DNA of 64,000 bases from Takakia lepidozioides (taxonomy: Eukaryota; Plantae; Bryophyta), in NCBI GenBank assembly GCA_030704615.1, contig CM060733.1, positions 40,920,001 to 40,984,000 on the forward strand, in the 5' to 3' direction. Within the stretch, counting starts at the first letter, position 1. Every line of letters begins with the position of its first letter. The position numbers and the translations under genes are program-made. The notes below the pieces were generated by a model, which ran no database searches, was not told the DNA's origin, and saw only the letters and a list, made by a program, of their open reading frames with translations. Shown piece after piece: positions 26,083-38,038 of this stretch.

Positions 26083-28916
26083 TTACTTCATTGACATGGA
26101 TGCAGAACCGGTCTGAGCGACTCCACAGCCCCAAATGCCCAGCACGAACCACAGTGTCCCTGTCCATTTACCATGTACATGCCTCAGTATGAAACTCTTC
26201 AAAAGTGATAGGTGTCAGGCCATCCTTCCCTGCTCACCTACCAATCAATATATCTCTCTCTACTTCCAAATGTGACACAAAAAAAAAAAAAACATCAAGC
26301 AGTGCAGGGGAAAGAAGTCTGTGGGCTTGAACCAATACATACCTGGTCTATTTGTTTGATGGAACATTGGATAGATCGAGGATACAGGATCCCAGAAACA
26401 CAATGCCACAAATGGAGGTAGTATTAGATATGTCCACACAGACTACCTCCAGTGGAGATGCTTCTACTTGTAGCTTTCAATCAACTCCCTCACCAATTGC
26501 TGTGAAGCACTACTTAAGAGGCTCTCGGTCACCATTTGACATGTGAGGATTCAGAATAGGTAAAACAATAGCTGGGAAACTAGGCGACACATCCAGAAAG
26601 CAATAGACAGAGATTCTGCTCTGTGAGAGGAAAGAGGGAGAGTACCTAGAATGTCATCAATGCTGGGACAATGAGGCCAGGCTTCCTGTGCATCAAAGGT
26701 CTTGGGCAGCTTCAGAGTCTTATGGTCAAAACCAACCCTCATTATAGACGAGTCCAACTCATTGGCAGGTGTCATTATTGTGCCACACATCTGCTTGAAT
26801 TGCTTTACCTGCACCCAATAACATTCCCCAGAAGGACATCATTAACACACCCTTCCCCACCTTCTCTCACTATCTTTCTCGCATACACAACCTACCATCA
26901 GCAAAATGCTATACACCAGCTCACAAAAGCAACCTCAAACTCTAGATGGACTATACCAAAATGGCTTACACTTACGGTGTGGTCTGCAAACCTGTCATTG
27001 AAGCCAGCCTTCCAGGTTGCTTGAGGGTGGTTGTTTATCCTGTCCACAAGCAATTGCTGCCATCCAACCCAAAACACAAACTTTACACTAGAGCATATGA
27101 AAGCAGAAAGAGGCAGATTGACGAGAAACATGCCCTCCAGTATGCTGATGTACTCAAGGATCTACTGTTTACATAGCCCAAAAGAGGACACAGGACAGAG
27201 AGGGAGAAGGGGAGGCCTCGGCCAATGGTAGGGAGACGGATAGATAGACGGAAGTTTCCATCTAAAGCTTGCAAACATGTGGACCAGCAACAAAGTATCA
27301 TCCAGAAGTAATGTAAAAACTGGTCGATTCAGGATGCAAGTATCTGGCATTCAATATAGCAGATTGCAGACAACCAAGTTGTAGCCCAGTGGTTGTGGGT
27401 TCCATCCACCGATTGGTGTCACAAGGGTGTCCACGTTCCTACTGGAAAGCAGTAGCCTTTTGGGGTCAAGAGACACCATAATTTACGATTCCTTCGGGAG
27501 GCCTCATATATTATCATTATAGCAGATTGCAAAGTAGACAATTCTCCTTGAACGGCTTCCTCGTGACCTAGCACACCAACCCGAAGGCAACATGGCAAGA
27601 CTATCATCCCACAGAGTCCAGGTAAGAATAGTAACCTGGAGTAAGGGCTTCTCATCAACACGAAGGCCAGCTGTTGCCTGCAGTTAGACAAGCACTGTGA
27701 TCACTAGTAATCAACCTTGCCGTCACAATTGGATGAAGTTAACCAATCAGGACAGGCTCGCATTCACCTCTGCTCTTCTATTTTTAGAAAGGTGTGTGCG
27801 AAAGAAGCAGTTCTTTGCATGAAAGACCTAACATATACATTGAGTACCAGGCATGATCGTCCCAATTTCCAGCAAAACTGGAGCAGAATAGAAACTCTCC
27901 TTCTAAGTACGGTATATGAACAGCTCCGTGAAGCTGAAGATTGTACACAGTTGTCACAAAGATGGGAATAGAAACACTACTAGAATAAAAAATAAACAAA
28001 CTGACCCAGTTTCATCATCAGGAAGAGCCCAACACCTTCCACCAAAGGTAGGTATGTGATCTCTACTGTCATAACACCTTCAAGTGAAGTACCAGTATAC
28101 AATTCAGAGGGTAAAAGAACATTTATCCACAATAAAAGCAGTGGATGTTTGGATCACAGAACTAGAAATCCAGACAGAAATCTTCCCAGATTTTAGGATC
28201 TGGATTGCCGTTCTCTTCATGTCCCGCGTCATGAAGGGAATCTCAAATCCACGGTCTCCATTCACCCGTGCGAAAGGCTCAATCCTCAAACCTACTTTGA
28301 CCCCACTGTTGTTCCCCCTACAATAGCATTTGGGGTGTGTTATTAGTTCCCCTGAAATAGTGCGGCATCAAGGTACATCCTCCCTGCGAATTGCTCAGTA
28401 AGGTCAAGTATAAGATACATGGAGAACAAGTCTCAAGTCAGTCGAGGCCAGTACCGTCAGTGATTTCGCAGACATGATTTTGTCCAAATCTACTGCAATT
28501 TCCTTCAGTACAAAGGAAGGGTGGACTTAGAGGCAGCTGCTCGAAGAGCACTAACACCAAGACGGAAACACTTTTATATGCCCGCGAACACAGCTTTGAT
28601 AGCCACTAAGTACTTTGAAGTCACCAGGGAGGAACCCACATAGATCGGGCGTGTAAAGCCCATACTCTGCAGACTTGATGGGGCCGGAAGGAGGGGGGGA
28701 ACAAAGAAGAAGCAGCTGAACATTCATAGAAGTGAACACGAGAGGGGTGCACCGAGCCAGGCAAGCGTGCCCCCACATGGAGAAAGCAACAATGGCGGAA
28801 GTGAAGGGAGAGACTTTGCAATACCCCACAGCAAGACACAACATGTGTGAGAGCACCTGAGCTGACAACGCCAGGCAGAGCCACAGAGCCACAAGTAAAC
28901 AAGATGTGCGCGCCAT
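26083..28916 (-). pseudogene. Captured cathepsin B 5' gene fragment with introns
   Basis: Signal peptide MARTSCLLVALWLCLALSAQ (28857-28916), QLLVDRINNHPQATWKAGFNDRF, LPKTFDAQEAWPHCPSI, and QGHCGSCWAFGAVESL..RFCIH (26083-26162). Confidence 0.85.
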
Positions 28917-29009
28917 AGATCCCCCGTGCCTGCTGCTAACATCTTGGATGACCTCAGAGAGTCAACCCCGACTTCGGTTTACTCCTAGATGCTAGTGTAA
29001 CACAGTACT

Positions 29010-29193
29010 AACCTCTCGTATTTTGAGGATGTCATCAAGTCGAGTATGAAACATCAACAGCTTGTCATCCTTGAAGGGCTTCCCTACCCAAGTATGAAGC
29101 TCAAACATGGGCCAGGTCAACTGTGTCAAGTGCAGCGTAGCATGCTCCCACTTCTCAAGCAGCCTTAAGCCTTGTGTAAGCGCCACCTCTACC
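29010..29193 (-). pseudogene. Captured exon resembling the cytoplasmic dynein-2 (IFT) heavy chain N-terminal tail
   Basis: VALTQGLRLLEKWEHATLHLTQLTWPMFELHTWVGKPFKDDKLLMFHTRLDDILKIRE, with AG/GT ends, resembles DYNC2H1 W....LT.QVW..Y.HPW....RLEEVL.IR (recalled). Confidence 0.55.
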
Positions 29194-32100
29194 TGAAGAC
29201 TCTTCAAAGAACAGAATTCAGTATCCCTATGAACATTATAATCTCTCTCTCTCGGCTTGCTAAGACCATGCTGACACGGAAGGGGTGCGGGGGAGGAGGG
29301 AAAAGAGAGCCAGCGGGAGACAAATCGCGGGGAGAAAAGAAAAGAAAAAAAGAAAAACAACATTGCATCGCGATTTGATCCCGCGGTGCGTCACGACACA
29401 TACTACTTCCTTACCACTAGACTACTCCTAAAATTCTATATCCCCCTCCTGTAAGATTATATTTAAGGTGATATAAACCCCCCTCTATATGTATAATGTT
29501 GTACATGGAGGGGTTTAAAATACCCCCTCCTGTGCACGCACGTGGCTGGTACATATTGGCTGGAGTGCACCCCCCAGGTCAAAGTACAATGAGGTACCTC
29601 GAACGCTCCCGCAAGTGCCTGGCAAGGACCTCTTGCTGCTGGACAACGTCAACCTCCGAGACCCCTGCACTTTTGCCTTCCGGTTTGGTTCGCTGTTTTT
29701 TGGGTGCGACAAGAACAGATACTTTTTTGTCAGCGCTGGGGGGTTCAGCCAACCGCTTTCTTTGAGCAGGCGGCCATTTTGACCTCCTGGGATTCTCTGC
29801 AACCCTGATAATGCCGCCGGTAGGGGGAATTTCTGAGCCAGAGGTGCCTTGTTCTGAGTTTGCTGCAAGTGCTGAAGACTGCACTCCCTCGTCTGAGACG
29901 TGCTGGGGAGGTGATTGACCAAGGGCAGAAGTGTCACAGCTCACCTCCTCGGTGCTACCCCTGTCAGTGTCACCCTTCTGTTCAAACCCCTTGTTAGAGT
30001 CACGCTTCTTAGTGTCACCCTTCTCTTCGGCTACCTCCTCAGTGTCACGATTCTCAGTATCACCCTTCTCTTCGGCTTCCTTCTCAATGTCACCCTTCTC
30101 TTCAGCTACCTCCTCAGTGTCACTCTTCTTAGTGTCACCTTTCTCTTCGGCTACCTCCTCAGAGTCACGCATCTCAGTGTCACCCTTCTCTCCGGCTACC
30201 TTCTCAGTGTCACTGGTCTCAGTGTCACCCTTATCTTTGGCCGCATTATCAGTGTCACTCTTCGCAGTGTCACCCTTCTCATCGGGTTCCTTCTCAGTGT
30301 CACTCTGCTGAGTAACAATCTTATGTGTGTCACCCTTGGCAGTGTCACTCTTCTCAGTGTCTAGATGCTCCGCAACATCCTTCTCTTCGTGACTCTCCAC
30401 AGTGAAACGCTTCTCAGTGTGACCCTGCTTTGTGTCACCCTTCCAACTGACAACCTCCTCGGTGACACCCTTCCCCGTGTCACCCATGTCGATGTCACTC
30501 TTCTTTGCATCCACCTCCTCAATGTCATCCTTGATTGTGTCGCCCTTCTCCGCACCCTCCAAGACCATGTTGACTAGCGGAAGACCGTCATCCGTCACGA
30601 CTAGTGGCCGTGGCAAAGGAGTGTCACCTTCCACGACTAGTGGTAGTGGAATGTCATCCATGGCAGTGTTACACTCACTGACATCTGCCATGTGGGTTGG
30701 CTGTGGGGTGTCACCCCTATCAGTGTAACCCATGTCAATGTCACTCTCAACGGAAGTTGCAGTGTTCACGGGCAATGGTGTGTCACCCACGACAATGTCC
30801 CTCACGGCATTGTCAGCCACACCGGTATCCGCAGTGTCACCCTGAGGTGCAGTGTAACCCTCCTTCCCTGTTGCTCCTCTCTGCACAGTGTCACCCTCAG
30901 GTGCAATGTAACCCTCGGTTTCAGGGCATCCTCCCCTTGCAGTGTCACCCTGCGCATCAATGGGACCCATGAAGGCTGGGTCATTCTGAGAGAGGTTGAC
31001 CACATGATCTTGACAAATACTTACATTGCTGCATCGAGGGTTCAACCCAGCATCTCCAGATTCAAAGTCATACACAGACTCTGGGTCAAGTGGGTCCCCG
31101 ATTCTTCGATTAAGACCTTCAAAAGAAATGACTGGGGCTGCGGACAAAGAGGTTCGCACTTGGGTGTTCCACCTTGATGTATCATCTTCAGTATCAGTAT
31201 CAGAATTCATGGGCAAATCCCGCGTCAAGTCTGCTAGGTTCACCCCTAAATGCAGCTGGGTCGAGTACAATTCACCAACCTGCGACAAAGATACAACGGC
31301 AGATTGACTTGGAATGATGTCCTCGTCATGTACATCGTCGCTCTGCGGGGCGGAAATTGGCCCATCGCTCGTCTGCGCGCCCCCTGCGCCCCCTGCATCG
31401 CATTGTGGAGGGGCCCCATACACAACTTCGTGAAGCTCACGTTGAGCCTAAAAACGGTTTTTGAACGCATTGGCGACTTGATTGGTCATGAGCTCGGACT
31501 CATCTGCATCGGGGAAAAGACAAAGGTTTTTAGTCGTGGAATGAGGTTTTTGAAAGTGCAAGGGTTACACTATGTAAGGGTTACACTGACTATGACAAGA
31601 CAGTGGTACGGATTACACGATGTGGGTTACACCACCCTGTTAGAGACAGTAGTTTGCAATGGGTTACACTACCATGGGTTACACTACTGAGATTACACAA
31701 CGAGAGGGTAACAAATCTAGGGTAACACAGCGAGGGGTACCATTAGGGGTACACTGATTACAGGGTTATATACTCCGAGGGTTACACTGATTACAGGGTT
31801 ACACACAACGAGGGTTACACTGAGTACAAGGTTCCACATAGCGAGGGTTACACTGATTACAGGGTTACACACAACGAGGGTTACACTGAGTTACAAGGTC
31901 CACATAGCGAGGGTTACAATGATTACAAGATTACACACAAAGGGGTTACACAACGAGAGGGGTGACAGTGGATGGAGTAACACTTACAGAGATACCAAGG
32001 CACTACAGACCCAATGTCTCTCATATACTGGATGCCCAAACGCGCATTGAAGTCCATTTCTGTTGGTGATTCACTGAAGAGGCCACAACACCAAAGCTGG

Positions 32101-34689
32101 ATAAACGATTCTCTCTGTTGGATCGCAAAGTGATGGGCGGCGTGACGACGGCTTGCCTTGCAAAACTGTATAGCTCCGTTGATCCTAATTGACCGGTCAC
32201 CCCACTCTTCTGTACTCAAACTCGATCTTAAGTCTTCGAGCTCAGAATCCAAGGTCGCAATTCCGTCACCAGGTTGTGCAAAGTACATCAGACTAAAGCC
32301 GTAATACTCATCGACCAGGTCCTTCACCTTTGAGGCCGTAAGAGCACTTTCCAGAAGTTCAGTCGTGAACCCCAATCTGGGATGCGTTTGGGAAACTGAC
32401 CTGCCATGATTTCTTACATCGTTGTAGGCCAGAATTCTCAAAAGGAGTGGTGGCGGTCCAATGTGCGGTTTGGTGAGATTCTCCATTTGACTGATCAATC
32501 CTTCAGCAAAACCACGAGTGGATTCCAACGGATCTGGAACAACCAAACCTTTGATTCCATCTACAGTAATAGTGATGACAAGAGGATTTGAAGTTCTGGC
32601 ATCGTCAAGGTCGGTATTGCCAACAGCTAGTTCGTCCATCGTGTCATTATCATGTGAGGCTTGGCTCTCTCGATGGACTCGTGTAAGTCTCCCACCTTTT
32701 TTTTTTTTTTCTGCTTTGGCATGTCAGGATGCCCAATGCTCTCTAAATACTCCTTCACCCGATTCAATTCCTCCATCATTAACGGACCATGATCCGGCTG
32801 GGCAGTAAACGCCTTGTGGGCAGCAACAACACTGTCCATATCATCGTTTCTAAGATGATATCGAGCTCCCTACACAATACAGCGTGAGGGGTTACACCAG
32901 AGAAAAGGGTTACAGCACGAGGGGTTACACATGAAAATGGGTTACAAACAAGATGGGCTATACGGGGTTACACAGAGGTGGGTTACACACCATAGGGGTT
33001 TTTAAAAGGGGTCCTCTGTAGGTGGGTTACACTCTGGGTTACATGCCACAGGAGAGACAGGGGGGGTAACACAAGGGGTTACATGGATAGACAACAGCCC
33101 AAAATTTGAAAAACAGAGAAATGGCAAGGAATCCAACTTGATTGTCTGTCGATAGAACCCAACTTGATTTTGCAGCTGTCGCATGGACTGCGCCCTCGCC
33201 TTGCGCAACAAATTCTTGGAATGCCGGCCAAAACCCCTTCTCATTGACATTCGGAAATGGGAACTGAGGAATAAGGCCATGCGGTAGCAGAAGGATTGAG
33301 CCTGGAGTTCGCTTTCGCAAGATGAACCTTGAGCTCCGGTTTCCCCGGTTTCCAATGTTGATTTTCTTTGCAATAGGGACAGGTAGAGGCGGGCTCAATC
33401 GCCGCTTGTCTCTCTCGTTAGAAACCAGGACCAGAGACAGAAACAGCAGGAGCACTAGAAGATGGAACCTCTGTAGCATAAATAGCCGAAGAAGGTACAA
33501 CAGCAGGCACTTCAATAGGATCTGCAATCTCACCCAAAGCCACCCTATTTTGCAGAATCCATGCATGATATGCATCAATAGAAGAAGCTGGAACAGAATT
33601 CATCACATTTTCAACAGCCATGGCATGCTTGAGCTCCGCATCAGGAAACGGTTTTGTTCCTTTCGGTCTGGCCATACATGCGGCCGTTCCATCGACAATA
33701 TGCCGATTCAATCTGCTCTTATCTACCTTTACTGCCCCACAATAAGGACCTTAGGCCGGCCCTTTGCTCCCTCCACCTTGGCCTCTCTACACCTGGTGTG
33801 GCAGTACGCGATCATTGTAGCATGCTCATGCTCAGTGTACCAGAAGCGAACTCGTTTGCCATCCCTTTTCAAGTGATCAAATGGAATAGTAGCCTCTCCA
33901 GGGAACAAATAACAATCAGCCATGACAAAAGAAAAAGCTGACATAAGAGAAGAGAAGAGCAAGAGCAAGAAAAGACAAGACAAGAAAAGAGCAAGACCAA
34001 GAGAATTCCGAAGAACGCACAACAGGGAGCACGCACAGCAAGGAGTGCAGGAAGAATAGGAGAGGCTGCGAAAAGGGGAAAACTAAACAATGATCAAAGA
34101 ACGAAGAACGAAGCTAGCTAGATGTCACCCGTAAGGCACGTCGGTTAAGCGAAAGACGGCGGTTCATTAAAATCTGGCGGCTTGCAATCAATTATATCCG
34201 CACTGACTCACACGTGTATGAGTTGCAATCCCGGTGTCACCCGGAATAGCGGAGTGTAACCCGTAACCCTACACTTGTGAGCGCGACAAACCGGCCGTTA
34301 CCCGCATGCCAGGCACGTCGAGTGTAACCCTCTGTCAGGTACCCACATATGATGTAACCCTTCGTCACAACCTCATGTACCCCTAGTCTATGTGACTCCC
34401 GAACACAACATCGATGTAACCCTGTCATATCAAACCATTAGTATGCAACCTCCAGGTAAACATGGTCAATGTAACGCCCCACCCATGTAGCCCTAGCCTA
34501 TGTGGCTCCGCGAGCACAACATCCACGTAACCCATCAAAACCGTCTACCAAGCCAGCATGTATTGAGAAAGAAAACACCGTGTAACCCCCTGTGTGTAAC
34601 CATAGCACACGTGAGGTAGTCATATAAACCATCAGACATGTAACCGGTTGACAGTGCTTGCAAAACACGCATGATTCGATACGTATTGC

Positions 34690-35038
34690 ATCCATAATAG
34701 CGATGAGTAGGCTGCCCCGACTGGTGTGTGAACAAAAGATACACAAGAGGAGAGTGAATGGGCACCCCGTCAAATGAGCGGCTGCTTGCATGGCTAGACC
34801 GAAAGAAACAAAACCCTTTCCTAATGCGGATCTTAGGAATACCATAGCTAGCGGGGACGGTGACAAAACAACAAGAATGACATTGAGAAAGAAAAAGAAT
34901 AGAGACAACCGTATCAATCGTAGAGAAAACCGTAGTAATAGATTTGACGGATCGCTGCGCGGAAAGCGTTGTCTTGTATGTTGCTGGGATGACGATACTG
35001 AACTGAATGAACTACAAATATTTCGCATTGATGTGTGA
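34690..35038 (+). pseudogene. Divergent paralogue of the accessory-gene N-terminus
   Basis: AACMARPKETKPFPNADLR versus AACMARPKGTKPFPDAELK at 33620-33690 (minus strand). Confidence 0.55.
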
Positions 35039-35129
35039 AGCCGATTGGGCGCCATGGGAATTGCAGAAAGCTGATGCCCCAAAGCAAAAAAACGAGCGAG
35101 CTAGGAATCTGAAAAACGGATGGAGAGAG

Positions 35130-35160
35130 CAAATTAGGGTTTCGGCCTCTATTTAAACCT
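35130..35160 (-). promoter_or_regulatory. Putative inward promoter: TATA-like element plus telo-box
   Basis: Minus strand GGTTTAAATAGAGGCCGAAACCCTAATT followed by a pyrimidine-rich leader, adjacent to the right array. Confidence 0.35.
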
Positions 35161-35204
35161 CCATTCGGCCGTCGGATAGTTTACACGTGTATGATGTACA
35201 CGAG

Positions 35205-36130
35205 GCGGTGTTACAGAGGGTTACATGGTGGTGAGGGTTACAAAGGGTCAAAGAGGGTTACATGGGTTATAGAGGGTTACATGGAGTGAGGGTTACATAA
35301 GGGGTGAGGGCGACACTCTGCGGTGTTACAGAGGGTTACATAGGTTACAGAGCCACAGAGGGTTTGTGAGGGTTACATGGAGTGAGGGTTACATGGTGGC
35401 GAGGGTGACACTCTGCGGCGTTACAGAGGGTTACATGGTGGTAAGGGTTACACCTGGTGAGGGATATAGAGGGTCACAGAGGGTTACATGGGTTACAGGG
35501 TTATATGGGTTACAGGGTTACATGGGTTGCAAAGTGTTACAGAGGGTTACATGTAGTGAGGGTTACATAGGGGTGGGGGTGACACTCTGCGGTGTTATAG
35601 AGGGTTACATGGGTTACAGAGGGTTACATGGTGGTGAGGGTTACAGAGGGTCATGGGGTTATATGGATTACAGAGGGTTACATGTAGTGAGGGTTACATA
35701 GGGGTGGGGGTGACACTCTGCGGTGTTATAGAGGGTTACATGGGTTACAGAGGGTTACATGGTGGTGAGGGTTACAGAGGGTTACATGGTGGTGAGGGTT
35801 ACAGAGGGTCATGGGGTTATATGGATTACAGAGGGTTACATGGTGGTGTGGGTTACACTCGGCGGAGTTACAGAGGGTTACATGGGGGTGATGGTTGAAC
35901 CCGGGGCGGGGGTTACATGGAACTGGTGGACTGCTGGAAGCGGCGGACTGAACGATGACGCAGGGGCGACGACGCCGATGGGATGAGGGCGGGGGTGGGG
36001 AGGGATTGACCGAGCCCAGCCGGCTGCCTTTCGATGTCTGCCGGAGGCGAAGAACCGGCGGTACGGGTGTCAGGGCTGGACCGTCTTGACGCGCTTGCAT
36101 TAAGTTCTTACATTATTCCTATTATCTTCC
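35205..36130 (+). repeat. Right TIR of the MULE (GGGTTACA array plus terminus)
   Basis: Near-identical to ~11745-12797; followed by the TSD ATTCAGGCC. Confidence 0.9.
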
Positions 36131-36318
36131 ATTCAGGCCCTTGAGGAGGGGGAAAAATTAACCCCCTTTCATTTATGGGCCATGAGGCCTACAGGACGAC
36201 CAACGCCCAGACATACCGTCACGAACAATCCCACACACGGGGCAGGGCAGCGGGTTTGAGCCCTGAACCACCAGGCCGACACACTGTGCACTTACCAGCT
36301 GAGCTACCAGCCGATGTG
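36131..36318 (-). mobile_element. tRNA-derived SINE, 5' part
   Basis: A box TAGCTCAGCTGG (36295-36306), B box GGCTCAAACC (36253-36262), 12-bp TSD shared with the tail at 12859-12870. Confidence 0.8.
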
Positions 36319-36509
36319 CCATCTCAGGTTGAATGTTGTCAACAGTGATTTTTATGCTATTTTTAGCCAATTTGCTACACTTGAAATACAGTGGCCAATT
36401 TAATGAAGGATTTTTGAAAATATGGAAGGAAAAATATCCAAATACTTAGGAAATATTTAGGTGAGGTGGGACGTCCATGAATCACCAAAGAGGACTGTCT
36501 CAAACACTT

Positions 36510-37215
36510 CCGTTACTGAAGCCAATGAAATATCACAATTGGGTTCGCAGAACTTGGTGACTTAGGATCCTCAGTAATTACAGTAATTTGGGGACATGAC
36601 AGTACAATTTTCCCAGGTACATAGCCAGCTTTTGTCCCGATACTTGGATGATGCTTGGTAGGAGTCAGTTTGTATAGAATCACAGGAAAAGAGAAAAGAA
36701 CCATAACCTTCCACAGTGCCTAACTGTAGGCCTAAGATTCAAGCACTGCTGGGCAGTTCACTGAAGAAAGAGATCTAATCCAGCTCTTCCTGCCTCTAAT
36801 TCCCTGTCTTTTTTGTAAGCACGTTCAAACTCATTTCTTGGAGGTGATGATGGTCGCAAATCTGGTCTTATGTGTGTGCATCGACATAAAGTGCAAAACC
36901 GAAGCATCTCTCAACTTCTTAGGTGGCTCCACATGTCATCAACTTGCTCCTTAACAAGATCCCCCAAGCCTTCACTTACAACCTGCAGACACCACAGTCT
37001 TTCCAGGACTGAGTGCAAGCATCGTTGGCACCCTTCACAAATGGTTCCATCTGAATGGCAGGAACATTCACAGAAGGAGGCCTTGGTGGCTAAATGCTTT
37101 GCAATTGTACGTATGTAAGCCTCATGAGCAATGGACCTGCAAAAAGCGCACCACACATGTTGAACACACCGATTAAGCTCCATCCAAATGGGTCTACGGC
37201 TGCAAGATAACATCC
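36510..37215 (-). pseudogene. Unidentified spliced gene fragments with stops
   Basis: AG-bounded exon-like blocks SIAHEAYIRTIAKHLATK / VVSEGLGDLVKEQVDDMWSHLRS*EMLR / PDLRPSSPPRNEFERAYKKDRELEAG; family not recognised. Confidence 0.35.
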
Positions 37216-37968
37216 CTAGCCAATCAGATAGTTTATCTTTCTATCCTCCCTCTACGTTGTACTCATTGCATGTGGCAGGCAACTATGCATCAGGCACACC
37301 AACTTAAGGAAGTGGATTATATGGCTCTAAAAGTGCCTTACAGAACACCGATCGTGGATCACCAGTTAAAGTAGCAGGGAAAGAGTTGCTGCAGGTCTAT
37401 TTCCTGAGGAGGATTCGATGAAGAACAGCTAGCCATTTGAAAAGAGGTGGACACTTTTCTCCTACAATGTGAGGGTATCTTCAGGATCACTTCACCAGGT
37501 CCAGTTGCAACCAGCATACAGAGCTATTGGTATGACTAATAGCTGGCAATACACGATTACAGAGCATGTTGGTCCTGAAGAATGACAGACAACACGGCCT
37601 ATCTAGAAACTCTACCCGAAGCAGCTTAGTTGCACAAGGCGCTGCGTTTCCAAACAATGGTCAAGTGTTTGACACATTTTTACGGCTTCAGAGGTTGTTG
37701 TATATCCTCTGGCTTCGAATAGGCCCTTTGAGATATAATATTATTATTCTTCGTCTCTCTGCCTTGAGTTTTGATTTGGACATCTCCGTAGGACTTCAAT
37801 TTGGTCATTCTGGATGTGATAAATTTTCTTCTCTTGCATAGAGCCCAGCGTGGGTCCAGAAGGGTTTGGTATCCTGTGGGGATTACATCTTTAAGTATTT
37901 GCAGTGATCAGTCAATGAGTACATCTCTTATTTAGCCCTCTGGACTCCCTGCGGACATGATGAAGTAC

Positions 37969-38017
<49 letters not shown>

Positions 38018-38038
38018 TGGCATATGGAGCATGTTATT

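Larger units (their letters stand above)
20279..29578 (-). mobile_element. P-element-like DNA transposon (9.3 kb) with captured gene fragments
   Basis: Perfect 16-bp TIR CCTGGGGGGTGCACTC, 8-bp TSD TCAAAGTA (20271-20278 and 29579-29586), subterminal CCCCCT(C)CTGTA motifs. Confidence 0.88.
19173..33923 (-). pseudogene. MULE accessory gene: unknown N-terminal domain, acidic KGDT-repeat exon, and ULP1/C48 SUMO protease
   Basis: Exons ~33923-33140, 32870-31985, 31505-29599, 20192-19793, 19595-19173; C48 motifs VVIPIVFDDH*SVAVL..IVHLDS..PQQRSCWECGYY; TGA stops at the W and R codons; the intron starting at 29598 contains the P-like insert. Confidence 0.75.
11485..36130. mobile_element. Giant foldback-type Mutator-like element (~23 kb = 11485-12797 flipped + 14252-36130)
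   Basis: Long TIRs starting GGAAGATAATAGGAATAATG with tandem octamer arrays, 9-bp TSD (1 mismatch), MULE-type transposase and a convergent ULP1 gene. Confidence 0.88.

Noticed and set aside
36240-36318. Functional tRNA gene
   Set aside because: No complete cloverleaf; it continues into a SINE body with poly-A and TSD
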